Counted from the stretch's first letter, positions 40,028-60,535 are shown. The stretch is 64,000 nucleotides of DNA from Burkholderiales bacterium (GCA_036381055.1 DASVDO010000006.1:11780-75779); one strand, 5' to 3'. Notes: generated from the letters alone by a model not told the origin. A program made the numbers and translations.

Positions 40028-40390
40028 TAAATCGGGAGCCGGCCGGTAAGCCGGGTTCTGTGCACCGTCGGGCAAGCCGGCGGCCGACAGCCATTCCTCT
40101 GGGCCCGGGGTCGCCCCCGGGCTCTAGCCACCTACCCGCAGGCTCGGCCGAGCCAGCCTCTCGCCGCCGCCCCGGAGGAGCGGCGGCAGCGCCTGCCTAT
40201 TTGGTGTTGCTCCGGATGGAGGTTGCCGCGTTTCACCCCTGCCGCTTTTACACGACAGGACTCGTCTCTGTGGCCCTGTTCGTCACGTCGCCGTGCCAGG
40301 GAATTACCCTGCATCCCGCTCTGCGGAGCCCGGACTTTCCTCTGCCCGCGCGGCTGGCGCGGACAGCGGCTGCCTGGCCGACTCCCGCTT
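40028..40390 (-). ncRNA. rnpB: RNase P RNA, bacterial type A
   Basis: The reverse strand reads ...GAGGAAAGUCCGGGCUCC... and ...ACAGAACCCGGCUUACCGG.... The 5' CGGGAGUC pairs with the 3' GGCUCCCG (P1). Ends are accurate to within a few nt. Confidence 0.9.
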
Positions 40391-40448
40391 GCAATTTTAC
40401 GCGACGAGGCGGAGCCTAGGTGACCGCATCACCGTCACGGAGGTGGCC

Positions 40449-40961
40449 ATGCGCAGACGGCTGTACTTTCTCCTGCCCGACGTGCAAAGCGCCACGCGCA
40501 CCGCAGACGACCTGCTGCTGGCGCGCGTCGAAGACCGCCACATGCATTTCCTCGCCAAGCGCGACACCGACCTCGGCAAGCTGCACGAGGCGGGCTATGC
40601 CATCAAGACCGACCTCGGCCGCGGCGCGGCGCTCGGCCTCGTGCTCGGCGCGCTCGGCGGCGCGGCGCTCGGCGCGATGATCGTCGCGAACCCGCTCGAA
40701 GGCACGCAGCCCGGGCTCTCGGCGGCGGTGATCGCCACGCTGGCCGGCGCGCTGCTCGGCCTGTGGCTCGGCAGCATGGCGGCGGTCGCGGTGCCGAACT
40801 CGCGCCTGCGGCCCTTCCAGGCCGACATGGAGCGCGGCGCGGTGCTGCTGATCCTCGACGTGCCCTACGCGCGCCTCGACGAGCTGCGCGACGTCGTGCG
40901 CGCGCGCCATCCGGAAGCGATGCCCGCGGGGCTCGAGACGCGCTATCCCGCCTTCCCCTGA
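40449..40961 (+). CDS. DUF1269-like membrane protein with a glycine-zipper TM region
   Basis: GGAGG before ATG 40449 and a GAALGLVLGALGGAALGAMIV Gly-zipper. The upstream part of the ORF overlaps rnpB and was rejected. Confidence 0.65.
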   Translation: MRRRLYFLLPDVQSATRTADDLLLARVEDRHMHFLAKRDTDLGKLHEAGYAIKTDLGRGAALGLVLGALGGAALGAMIVANPLEGTQPGLSAAVIATLAGALLGLWLGSMAAVAVPNSRLRPFQADMERGAVLLILDVPYARLDELRDVVRARHPEAMPAGLETRYPAFP

Positions 40962-41674
40962 CGCAGCGGCCGGAAGTAGCGCGCGTCGTCGTAGAACGCG
41001 GCCTGCGCGCTCGCCGGCAGCCAGCCGGGATAGCCGAACACCGGCAGCGGCGCGAGGTCCTTCGGCGTCGCCTGCGGCCCGCATCGCGCGAGCCATTCTG
41101 CGGCCTGCGTGTCGAGCGGACGGTGCGGGGAGACGAATATCGCCTTGCAGGTGATGCCGGGCCACGGCTCGAGCGCCTGCTCGAGCACCGCGTGGCCGAT
41201 CACCACGAAGCGCATGCAGCGCTCGAGCCGCTCGCGGCGCGTCCAGAACAGCTCCCGCCAGCGCATCTCGCGCACGAGCCGCACCATCTCCGCGTCGTCG
41301 CACACCACCAGCGCGCCGCCCTCGTCGAACAGCGTCAGCATGTCGCGCAGCCGGCCGCGCCGGCCGCCTTCGCGCGGGATCTCGGCCGCGTGCCGGGCGT
41401 TGAGCCGCGCCTTGGTGAGCGGGAAGGCGAGCCACACCAGCGCGTTGAACCAGTCGTGCAGGCTGTCCGGGCGGGTCGCCACGCATCCGGTCTCGTAGAC
41501 GCGCATCTCGTAGGAGGACGAGGAAGGCTCGGGCGGCACGAAGCGGACCGGCCGGCCGCGCGCGTTCTCGAGCCGCTGCGCCCGCGCCGCCCGGTTCAGC
41601 GCCTCGAGCGAGCGCTCGAGCGCGAGCCACGGCGCGAGCGGCGCGAAGATCGGATGCGCTAGGCGAGCTTCCAG
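40943..41674 (-). CDS. DUF3025-like protein, start codon unresolved
   Basis: HDWFNALVWLAFPLTKARLNARHAAE and LFDEGGALVV motifs match my recollection of DUF3025. CTG 41674 is the only plausible start near the conserved N-terminus. Confidence 0.65.
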   Translation of the reverse strand: MEARLAHPIFAPLAPWLALERSLEALNRAARAQRLENARGRPVRFVPPEPSSSSYEMRVYETGCVATRPDSLHDWFNALVWLAFPLTKARLNARHAAEIPREGGRRGRLRDMLTLFDEGGALVVCDDAEMVRLVREMRWRELFWTRRERLERCMRFVVIGHAVLEQALEPWPGITCKAIFVSPHRPLDTQAAEWLARCGPQATPKDLAPLPVFGYPGWLPASAQAAFYDDARYFRPLRQGKAG

Positions 41675-42702
41675 GGAAGGGTCTCGCCGGCGCGCAGCGG
41701 CACCAGCTCGGCGCCGCCGAAGGCGAGCCGCTCGGGCACCTGCCAGGGCTCGCGCACCAGGGTCACGCTGCCCTCGTTGAACGGCAGGCCGTAGAACGCG
41801 GCGCCGAACTCCGAGGCGAAGCCCTCCAGCCTGTCGAGCGCGCCCGCCTCCTCGAAGGCGCAGGCGTACAGCTCGAGCGCCGCGTGCGCGGTGTACATGC
41901 CGGCGCAGCCGCACGCCGCCTCCTTGGCGTCGCGCGCGTGCGGCGCGCTGTCGGTGCCGAGGAAGAACTTCGGGTTGCCCGAGGTCGCCGCCTCGACCAG
42001 CGCCTCGCGGTGCTCCTCGCGCTTGAGCACCGGCAGGCAGTAGTGGTGCGGGCGCAGGCCGCCGAGGAACAGCGCGTTGCGGTTCATCAGCAGGTGGTGC
42101 GCGGTGATGGTCGCCGCGACGTTGGCGCCGGTCACCTCGACGTACTGCACCGCGTCGCGCGTGGTGATGTGCTCGAGCACCACCTTGAGCTGCGAGAAGC
42201 GCTCGAGCGTCGGGCCGAGCGTCTCCTCGATGAACGCCTTCTCGCGGTCGAACACGTCGATCGCCGGGTCGGTGGACTCGCCGTGCACCAGCAGCGGCAC
42301 GCCGGTCTCCTCCATCTTCTCCAGCGCGCGGAAGCAGCGCGACAGCCGCGTCACCCCCGATTGCGAGTGGGTCGTCGCGCCGGCCGGGTAGAGCTTCACG
42401 CCGAGCACCGCGCCCGAGGCCTTGGCGCGCACGATCTCCTCCGGCGGGGTGTCGTCGGTGAGGTAGAGCGTCATCAGCGGCTGGAAGTCCGCATCGCCGG
42501 GCAGCGCGTCGAGGATGCGCCTGCGGTAGTCGAGCGCCTCCTGCACCGTGCGCACCGGCGGCCTGAGGTTCGGCATGACGATCGCGCGCGCGAACCGGCG
42601 CGCCGTGTCGCCGAGCACGGCGGCCATCGCGGCGCCGTCGCGCAGGTGCACGTGCCAGTCGTCGGGGCGCCGCAGGGTGAGCCGGTCCATGGCGACGCGC
42701 AT
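41659..42702 (-). CDS. pyrC: dihydroorotase, homodimeric type
   Basis: RRPDDWHVHLRD, VMPNL, AAKLYPAG-like and GTDSAPH motifs are collinear with E. coli PyrC. The start may be M5 (42690). Confidence 0.9.
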   Translation of the reverse strand: MRVAMDRLTLRRPDDWHVHLRDGAAMAAVLGDTARRFARAIVMPNLRPPVRTVQEALDYRRRILDALPGDADFQPLMTLYLTDDTPPEEIVRAKASGAVLGVKLYPAGATTHSQSGVTRLSRCFRALEKMEETGVPLLVHGESTDPAIDVFDREKAFIEETLGPTLERFSQLKVVLEHITTRDAVQYVEVTGANVAATITAHHLLMNRNALFLGGLRPHHYCLPVLKREEHREALVEAATSGNPKFFLGTDSAPHARDAKEAACGCAGMYTAHAALELYACAFEEAGALDRLEGFASEFGAAFYGLPFNEGSVTLVREPWQVPERLAFGGAELVPLRAGETLPWKLA

Positions 42703-42716
42703 TCTACGGAACGCGG

Positions 42717-43574
42717 CTACTTGGCACGCTCCAGCGCCTTGCGATAGAGCAGGTTTTTCGGCGCGCCGGTGATGCGCGCCGCGAGCTTCGCCGCCTCGCT
42801 GGGGGCGAGCGACTCGAGGAGCACCGACAGCACCTGCTCCGGGTCGGGGCCGGCGCGGGGCTTCTCCTCGCCGGGGGCGAGCACCAGCGCGAACTCGCCC
42901 TGCCGGCGGTGCGGCGCCTCGAGCCAGGCGGACGCCTCGCCGAGCCTCAGGCGCGCGACTTCCTCGAACTTCTTGCTGAGCTCGCGGCAGATCACCACCT
43001 CCCGCTCGGCGCCGAGCGTCCGGCCGAGGTCGGCGACGGTCCGCGCGATGCGGTGCGGCGCCTCGTACAGCACCACCGGCCAGGGCTGGTCGAGCGCGGC
43101 GAGCGCCCGGGCGCGCGCCGCGCCGCCCGCGGGCAGGAAGCCGGCGAAGAGGAAGCCGCCCGCCGCGAAGCCGGCCGCCGAGAACGCCGCGGCGGCGGCG
43201 CTCGGCCCGGGCACGGGGCTCACGCGGATGCCGGCGCGGTGCGCCTCGGCGACCAGCGCCGCGCCCGGGTCGGAGAGCGCCGGCGTGCCGGCGTCGCTCA
43301 CCAGCGCCACGTCCTTGCCCTCGCGCAGCAGGGCGATCAGCCTGCCGGCCGCCGAGCGCTCGTTGTGCGCGTGCAGGGCGAACGTGCGCGTGGCGATGCC
43401 GAAGCGCGCGAGCAGGGTGCGCGTGGTGCGCGTGTCCTCGCAGGCGATCAGCGCCGCGCCCTTGAGCGTCCGGACGGCGCGCTCGCTCATGTCGGCGAGG
43501 TTGCCGATCGGCGTCGCCACGACGTGCAGGGTGCCGGTCAACCGGAAGGGGCCTCCATTCGTTAAGGGTGCCAT
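42717..43574 (-). CDS. rsmI: 16S rRNA (cytidine1402-2'-O)-methyltransferase
   Basis: [17 protein letters not shown] and VSDAGTP motifs are collinear with E. coli RsmI. Confidence 0.9.
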   Translation of the reverse strand: MAPLTNGGPFRLTGTLHVVATPIGNLADMSERAVRTLKGAALIACEDTRTTRTLLARFGIATRTFALHAHNERSAAGRLIALLREGKDVALVSDAGTPALSDPGAALVAEAHRAGIRVSPVPGPSAAAAAFSAAGFAAGGFLFAGFLPAGGAARARALAALDQPWPVVLYEAPHRIARTVADLGRTLGAEREVVICRELSKKFEEVARLRLGEASAWLEAPHRRQGEFALVLAPGEEKPRAGPDPEQVLSVLLESLAPSEAAKLAARITGAPKNLLYRKALERAK

Positions 43575-43914
43575 GAACCCCGAGGGCGCGCGAGCCGAGG
43601 ACCTGTGCGCCGCGCTGCTGCGCGCGGCCGGCCTGAAGCTCGTCGCGCGCAACTGGCGCTGCCGGCTGGGCGAGATCGACCTGATCGCCGAGGAGGGCGG
43701 CACGCTGGTGTTCGCCGAGGTGCGCATGCGCGGCGGGCCGGGCCTGTTCGGCGGCGCCGCCGAGAGCATCACCGCGGCGAAGCGCGCGCGCCTGATCGCC
43801 GCGGCGCGGCTCTATCTCGCGCGCCGGCCGCAGGCGGCGTGCCGCTTCGACGTGTTCCTGGTGGGCGGCGCGCCGCGCCGGGTGCAGTGGATCCGCGACG
43901 CCTTCGGCGAATAG
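43573..43914 (+). CDS. yraN: YraN-family (UPF0102) endonuclease-like protein
   Basis: GEIDLIA...LVFAEVR motif. The conserved rsmI/yraN-diaA-dolP neighbourhood is known from E. coli. Confidence 0.85.
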   Translation: MNPEGARAEDLCAALLRAAGLKLVARNWRCRLGEIDLIAEEGGTLVFAEVRMRGGPGLFGGAAESITAAKRARLIAAARLYLARRPQAACRFDVFLVGGAPRRVQWIRDAFGE

Positions 43915-43935
43915 CTCTTAAGGCTCGCAGTGTAG

Positions 43936-45173
<1,238 letters not shown>

Positions 45174-45675
45174 AAGCGCCCGCGTTCGAAGCGAAGATCC
45201 GCGACCCGCGCCAGCTCGAGCGCTGGCTCGGCGCGCTCGAGCGGCCGCTGGTCTTCACCAACGGCGTGTTCGACATCCTGCATCGCGGCCACGTCACCTA
45301 CCTGGCGCGCGCCCGCGCGCTCGGCGCCTCGCTGCTGGTCGCGCTGAACGGCGACGCCTCGGCGCGCCGGCTCGGCAAGCCGGGCGAGCGGCCGGTCAAT
45401 CCGCTCGCCGACCGGCTTGCCGTGCTCGCCGCGCTCGAGGCGGTGAGCGCCGTCACCTGGTTCGACGAGGACACGCCGGCGGCGCTGATCGCCGCGACGC
45501 GCCCCGACGTGCTGGTGAAGGGCGGCGACTGGCCGGTCGAGCGCATCGTCGGCGCCGAGCAGGTGCTCTCGCGCGGCGGGCGCGTGCTGTCGATCGCCTT
45601 CGAGCACCCGAGCTCGACCACGGCGCTGCTCGAGCGAATCCGGGGCGCGGGCGGCTTCGGGGGTAAACTCGGCCC

Positions 45676-46203
45676 ATGAGGCTGCATCAGCTCAAGGTCG
45701 ACTACGACGCCGAGCAGGACCGGCTGGTGATGCTGGTCGCCACCAGCGAGGCGGTCGAGGTGCGCCTCGCGCTCACCCGGCGCTTCGTGAAGCTGCTGTG
45801 GCCGCTGCTCGTCAAGCTCGCCGAGGACGCGAGCCCGCGCATCCGCACCCAGGCCAATCCCGAGGCGCGGCGCGCGCTGCTCGGCATCGAGCACGAGCAC
45901 GCCGTGTCCAAGGCCGACTTCAGCAAGCCCTACGACGCTGGCGGCAGCGCGCGGCCGCTGGGCGACGAGCCGGTGCTGCTCACGCGCATCCAGACCGGCC
46001 ACGACCGCAACGGCCAGCCGGTGATGGCGCTGCATCCCTCGCAGGGCCAGGGCGTGACGCTGTCGTTCGACTCGGTCCTGCTGCACTCGCTCTGCCGCCT
46101 GCTGCAGTCGGCGGTGAAGAAGAGCGACTGGGACATGGAGCTGAAGCTGCCGGGCACCGAAGCCGCGCCGGGCGGCGAGCGCCCGGCGCGCACGCTGAAC
46201 TGA
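45676..46203 (+). CDS. hypothetical protein, 175 aa
   Basis: ATGA overlap with the upstream gene and native codon bias. No motif recognised. Confidence 0.6.
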   Translation: MRLHQLKVDYDAEQDRLVMLVATSEAVEVRLALTRRFVKLLWPLLVKLAEDASPRIRTQANPEARRALLGIEHEHAVSKADFSKPYDAGGSARPLGDEPVLLTRIQTGHDRNGQPVMALHPSQGQGVTLSFDSVLLHSLCRLLQSAVKKSDWDMELKLPGTEAAPGGERPARTLN

Positions 46204-46231
46204 TCTTGCATCGTGAACTGATTCTCCAGAC

Positions 46232-47598
<1,367 letters not shown>

Positions 47599-47602
<4 letters not shown>

Positions 47603-48329
47603 ACCGAGCGCGCGCCGTCGACCTCGATGCAGGCGCCGCTCACCATGGCCGCCTCGTCCGAGGCGAGGTAGAGGCAGGCGTTCGCCACGTCGAGCGGCGT
47701 CGAGAACCGGCCGAGCGGGATGCTGGCGAGGAAGCCCTGCTTCGCCTCCTCGCTGAGCGCCCCGCCGGCGAATTCGGCCGACAGCGCGGTGTACGGGCTG
47801 AACACCGGATTGACGCAGTTCACGCGGATCCCGTCCGGGCCGAGCTCGGCGGCCATCGACTTCGACAGGACGATCACCGCGCCCTTGGAGCTGTTGTAGA
47901 CGGTCAGCCCCGGCCGCGGCCGCACGCCGGCCGTCGAGGCGATGTTCACGAAGCAGCCGCCGCCGCGGCGGCGGAACACCGGCACGGCGTGCAGCGCCGA
48001 GAGGTAGACGCTCTTCACGTTCACCGCGTACACCCGCTCGAACTCGGCCTCGCTCACCTCGAGGCAGGGCTTGCGGCGGTGCGTCCAGCCGGCGTTGTTG
48101 ACCACGATCGAGAGCTCGGGCCCGGCCTCGCGCACCATGCGCGCCCAGTCGGCGGCGCGCGTCACGTCGCCCTGCAGGAAGCGGCCGCCCACCTCGCGCG
48201 CGATGCTTTCCCCGGCGGCAGAGATGTCGTTCACCAGCAACCGGGCGCCTTCCTCGGCGAAGCGCCGCGCGATGCCCGCGCCGAAGCCGCTCGCCGCGCC
48301 GGTGACCAGCGCCACCCGGTCCTTCAGTC

Positions 48330-48333
<4 letters not shown>
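47599..48333 (-). CDS. SDR-family oxidoreductase
   Basis: TGAASGFG, NNAG and YNSSK motifs. Start at MRLKDRVALVTG. Confidence 0.9.
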
Positions 48334-49827
<1,494 letters not shown>

Positions 49828-49843
49828 CGACGAGCGGAGTCCC

Positions 49844-54297
<4,454 letters not shown>

Positions 54298-54309
54298 GGT
54301 CTTTCTTCC

Positions 54310-54914
54310 ATGAGACTGCTCGCCTGGGCGATCCTTTTCGTTTCCTTCGCGGCCGGCGCCGCCAGCGTCGACCGCTACCGCGAGTTCCTCGACGGCACGC
54401 GCTCGGCGCGCGCGCGTTTCGAGCAGAAGGTCTACGACCGCAACGGCGAGCTGGTGCAGGAGACCAAGGGCAGCTTCGTCTTCCAGCGCCCGGGCCGCTT
54501 CCGCTGGGTCTACGACAAGCCCGCCGACCAGGTGATCGTCGGCGACGGCAAGCGGGTCTGGATCTACGACCGGCAGCTCAACCAGGTGACCGTGCGCCGC
54601 ATGGAAGCGGCGCTCGGCTCGACGCCCGCGGCGCTGCTCGCCGGCGGCACCGGCGTGGAGAAGGCGTTCGTCCTGAGCGACGCCGGCGACAAGGACGGCC
54701 TCGAGTGGGTGCTCGCCATGCCGCGCGAGCGCGAGTCCGGCTTCGAGAGCGTGCGCATGGGCTTCGGCGCTAGCGGCCTGGAGGCGATGGTGCTCACCGA
54801 CCAGTTCGGGCAGACCACGCGGCTCTCCTTCTCGGGCCTGGAGCGCAATCCCAAGGTCGATCCGCGCAGCTTCCGCTTCGATCCGCCCCAGGGCGCGGAC
54901 GTCCTCGGGGACAA

Positions 54915-54918
<4 letters not shown>
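54310..54918 (+). CDS. lolA: outer-membrane lipoprotein chaperone LolA
   Basis: Signal peptide plus the F.Q..YD... and RP..FRW.Y pattern. Conserved ftsK-lolA-rarA-serS order. Confidence 0.9.
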
Positions 54919-57469
<2,551 letters not shown>

Positions 57470-57494
57470 TAGAATCCGCGTTTCGTTCGGCCGC

Positions 57495-57586
<92 letters not shown>

Positions 57587-57588
57587 TT

Positions 57589-58639
57589 TCAACGACTTAC
57601 GGCTGCATCGCTTCTCGTCACCGAATCGCTGTTGTGACGAATTTGTGCCGTAAGGCTCAGCCGCGCTGCATGTGCCTTCAGATGCTCGGGGGCGAGATGC
57701 GCGTAGCGGTTCACCATCTCCAGCGTTTCCCAGCCACCAAGCTCCTTCAGCACGTAGAGCGGCGTGCCTAGCTGCACGTGCCAGCTCGCCCAGGTGTGGC
57801 GCAGATCGTGCCAGCGGAAGTTCTCGATGCCCGCCCGCTCGCATGCCGCCTTCCACTGAGCTCCGTAGCAGTGCCAGGAATCGATCTGGCCGCCATCGGG
57901 TCCCACGAAAACGCGCCGCAGATGCTTCCCTAGCTGCTTGCGAATCACCGCGATCGCGTCATCGTTGAGCGGTACGCCGATTGCCCGGCGCGCCTTCGCC
58001 TGGTCTGCATGCACCAGCGCTACGCCGCGCTGTAGATCAACCTGCGTCCACTCCAAGCCGTACACGTTTGCCTGACGCAGCCCTGTCGCCAAAGCGAACC
58101 GGGCCATCGCTGCCAGCCAGTCCGGTAGATGGGAGAGCAGCCTTTCGGCTTCCTCTCGCGTGATCCACCGGATGCGCAGCTTGGGCTCCGGATACGTCTT
58201 CAGCTTCGGCGCGCGGTCCAGCCACTCCCACACGCCAGCGGACTTGATGAGGATGGCCCTAAGGCACGCGATGTACCGGTTTTTCGTCGCGGCCGAACCG
58301 TTCGGCTTGTGCTTCTCCAACAGGTCCGCCACGCCGTTCCGCGTGATCGCATCGAGCGGCTGCCCCTTGAAATGCCCGGTCCAGAACGCGACCTGCCTTT
58401 CGTACTCCTTGAGGCTCGCCTTGCCCTCGGCTTCCTCCAAGAACCGCAGTGCTGCCTCATCCCACGTCCGCCTCGGCTTGTCGCCCAGCCTTGTGCCGCC
58501 GCCAGGCCTCGGCCTTTACGCGGTCGTGGTATTCCTGCGCGGCCTTTCGATCCGGCGTTTCAGCCGACTCTCTAATTCTCTGGCCGCTTGGCGTGGTGAC
58601 ATCAATCCACCACGTGTTTCCGCGCTTGCGAAGTGACAT
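57589..58639 (-). pseudogene. tyrosine integrase, interrupted by a +1/-1 frameshift
   Basis: The N-terminal piece (58457..58639, MSLRKRGNTWWIDV...) and the catalytic piece (57589..58440, with R..HDLRHTWAS..RYAH) are in different frames. Shifting frame near 58489 gives the continuous reading ...WRRHK/LGDKPRRTWDEAALRFLEE. Confidence 0.85.
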
Positions 58640-58851
58640 TCATTCTCCTTTCTCGGTGTCACTCGCAACGCTTGCCGAGGAGCAGCATAGAGCGAGCGCA
58701 GATAGGCGGCAAGATCTTCTTCGATGAAGACCCATCGCTTACCGGCTTTCGCGCCCGGAAGCTGACCCGTGCGCGCGCGACGACGTACTTCTTCCGGATG
58801 CATTTTGAGGAAGCCGGCCGCTTCACCGAGATCGAAAGTCCGGGTCGTCAT
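58516..58851 (-). CDS. excisionase/AlpA-like HTH DNA-binding protein
   Basis: Start at MTTRTFDLGEAAGFLKMHPEEVRRRARTGQLPGAKAGKRWVF (MerR-type excisionase HTH). The tail overlaps the integrase start. Confidence 0.65.
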   Translation of the reverse strand: MTTRTFDLGEAAGFLKMHPEEVRRRARTGQLPGAKAGKRWVFIEEDLAAYLRSLYAAPRQALRVTPRKENECHFASAETRGGLMSPRQAARELESRLKRRIERPRRNTTTA

Positions 58852-59067
58852 CCAGGAAGGATTCGCTCCGCTCGATCGCGAGTCAAAGACCGAAGCAGAA
58901 AGAATCGAGACCGGCGAAGTCTTAATGCGGCTGGGCGTTTCCCACCGCGCCGGCCGGTGCGTGCGTAAGAGGCGCCGCACGCCCGCCACCGTGGAAAACG
59001 CGCAGGCTTTCCGCCGAAGGGCATCGAGTTACCCACGCGGCGGCGTGGATAACTCGCCCGTCGGCTG

Positions 59068-59604
59068 CTATCGGCCAAGATAGATCGCGGTGACCTGTTC
59101 GCGCCCGTGGCCGAGCTCGCTGCTGATCGCGAGCCGCGCTTCGCGATCGGCTGCCTTCTGATCTTGCGTCAGCTCCTTCGACGTCGGCCCGCCCTGCGCC
59201 GGACAGGCCCAGCCGGTCACCTCGCGATAGCGTTCCTGCGCGTAGTGGTCCCGATGCCCGTGGACATGGTCGATGCCCGCTCTTTGGCACTGCGCCCTGA
59301 AGCGCTGAAGTTGCTGGACGTAGGTCATCTTTTTCGGAATCAGGCTCCCGGCGCCGGCGAACTGCTTCGCCTCCTCGAGCAGTTCCCGCTGCGCGGTAGT
59401 GCGAATCGGGATCTCGCGCTCGCGCCCGCCCTTGGTCCATGTCGTTTCCATGCTGACACGCTGCATAGCGTGACCGGCCGGCCACCTAACTACTGGGTTG
59501 CAGGCGATGCGCATGAGTCCGAACACTCGAATACGTCTTCGAGCTGCTTCAGCGGGGACAGTCCCTGCCCGAAGCTTCCGGAAACACGGTCTTGAAGGGG
59601 TCAT
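59068..59604 (-). pseudogene. 5'-truncated second tyrosine-recombinase-like gene
   Basis: Only the C-terminal catalytic-domain pattern is present (TKGGREREIPI ... HGHRDHYAQERY ... ELGHGREQVTAIYLGR). The N-terminal two-thirds is missing. Confidence 0.55.
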
Positions 59605-59747
59605 CGGCCGCGGCGTTCACGTTCGGCTGCCAACTCTGGATCGGCGGCAGCTCGGATATCAAACCACTCGTGGTGCAATGCCGTCGGCGGTTTCTGGCTT
59701 GGCATCCCGGAGGAGGGGTGCGAGAGGGACGTGTTATCGTAGTGCGG

Positions 59748-60041
59748 ATGAATCGTGCTCAGCTTATCGATGTTCTGGCCGCCGGACGCGCGGAGATGGC
59801 CGCGCGCTTCGGCGTAAGGCGGCTAGCCGTGTTCGGTTCGGCGGCGCGGGACGAGCTGACGGAATCGAGCGACGTGGATGTGCTGGTCGAGTTCGAAGGA
59901 CCGGCGACGTTCGCCGCGTACATGGACCTGAAGTTCTACCTCGAAGATTTGCTCGGACGGCCGGTCGACCTCGTCACCGAGAAGGGGCTGCGCCAGGAGC
60001 TCAGGCCTTACGTGGAGAAGGAGCTGGTCGTTGTCGCGTGA
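59748..60041 (+). CDS. mntA: MntA-type nucleotidyltransferase antitoxin
   Basis: FGSAARDE...SDVDVLVEF minimal nucleotidyltransferase motif (GS...DxD). Confidence 0.85.
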   Translation: MNRAQLIDVLAAGRAEMAARFGVRRLAVFGSAARDELTESSDVDVLVEFEGPATFAAYMDLKFYLEDLLGRPVDLVTEKGLRQELRPYVEKELVVVA

Positions 60042-60378
60042 GTGGCGCCTTTACGTCGCCGACATGAAGGCCTGCTGCGAGCGCGTCACCCAGTACACCA
60101 GCGGACTGAGCCGCGGGGACTTTGAGAAGAAGCGCATGGCGTATGACGCCACGCTGCGCAACCTCGAATTGCTCGGTGAGGCGGCGCGGCACGTTCCTGA
60201 TGAGGTTCGCGCGCTTGCGCCGGATATTCCGTGGCGCCGGATTGTCGGTGTGCGGAACATCCTCATTCACGGCTATCTCGGCATCGACAACGACATCATC
60301 TGGGACATCGTCCGGAACGAGATCGCGCCGCTCGTCAGGGCGCTTGAGAAGTTGGAAGCGACGGCTAACAGATCGTGA
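60031..60378 (+). CDS. hepT: HepT-type (DUF86) RNase toxin
   Basis: RNILIHGY matches the Rx4HxY motif. It overlaps the mntA stop by 11 nt. Confidence 0.85.
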   Translation: MSREWRLYVADMKACCERVTQYTSGLSRGDFEKKRMAYDATLRNLELLGEAARHVPDEVRALAPDIPWRRIVGVRNILIHGYLGIDNDIIWDIVRNEIAPLVRALEKLEATANRS

Positions 60379-60470
60379 ATCCGTTTTCCGGGCGGAATTG
60401 CTGTGACGAATTTGTGCCGTAAGTGGGCTTGGATGAGCCTTTCCGGGCCTTGAGAAGCGAAAGTAGGCAA
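60355..60470 (-). pseudogene. degenerate remnant of an integrase 3' end
   Basis: Aligns by eye with 57590..57710, including an exact 22-mer TGTGACGAATTTGTGCCGTAAG (57633..57654 = 60402..60423). It would encode ..LTAQIRHS.., compared with the integrase tail ..LTAQIRHN... Confidence 0.5.
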
Positions 60471-60535
60471 GCGCTGCGAGCCTGATTACATTACGTTTTT
60501 AAATTTGGAGAGTTTGGGCGCCGCGCCCCTGGCAC

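Noticed and set aside
39922-40423. ORFs 39922..40419 (+), 40132..40314 (-), 40223..40423 (+) and the 5' part of 40293..40961
   Set aside because: They lie over RNase P RNA, whose conserved GGAAAGUCCGGGCUCC and ACAGAACCCGGCUUA elements are present. They are not protein-coding.
41675-41914. GTG 41914 as the start of the DUF3025-like gene
   Set aside because: It would add about 80 residues of Arg/Ala/Gly-rich sequence that is simply pyrC read out of frame.
60273-60470. 65-aa ORF on the minus strand at the right end of the islet
   Set aside because: It is better explained as a frame-scrambled remnant of an integrase C-terminus; see the finding on the 22-mer repeat.
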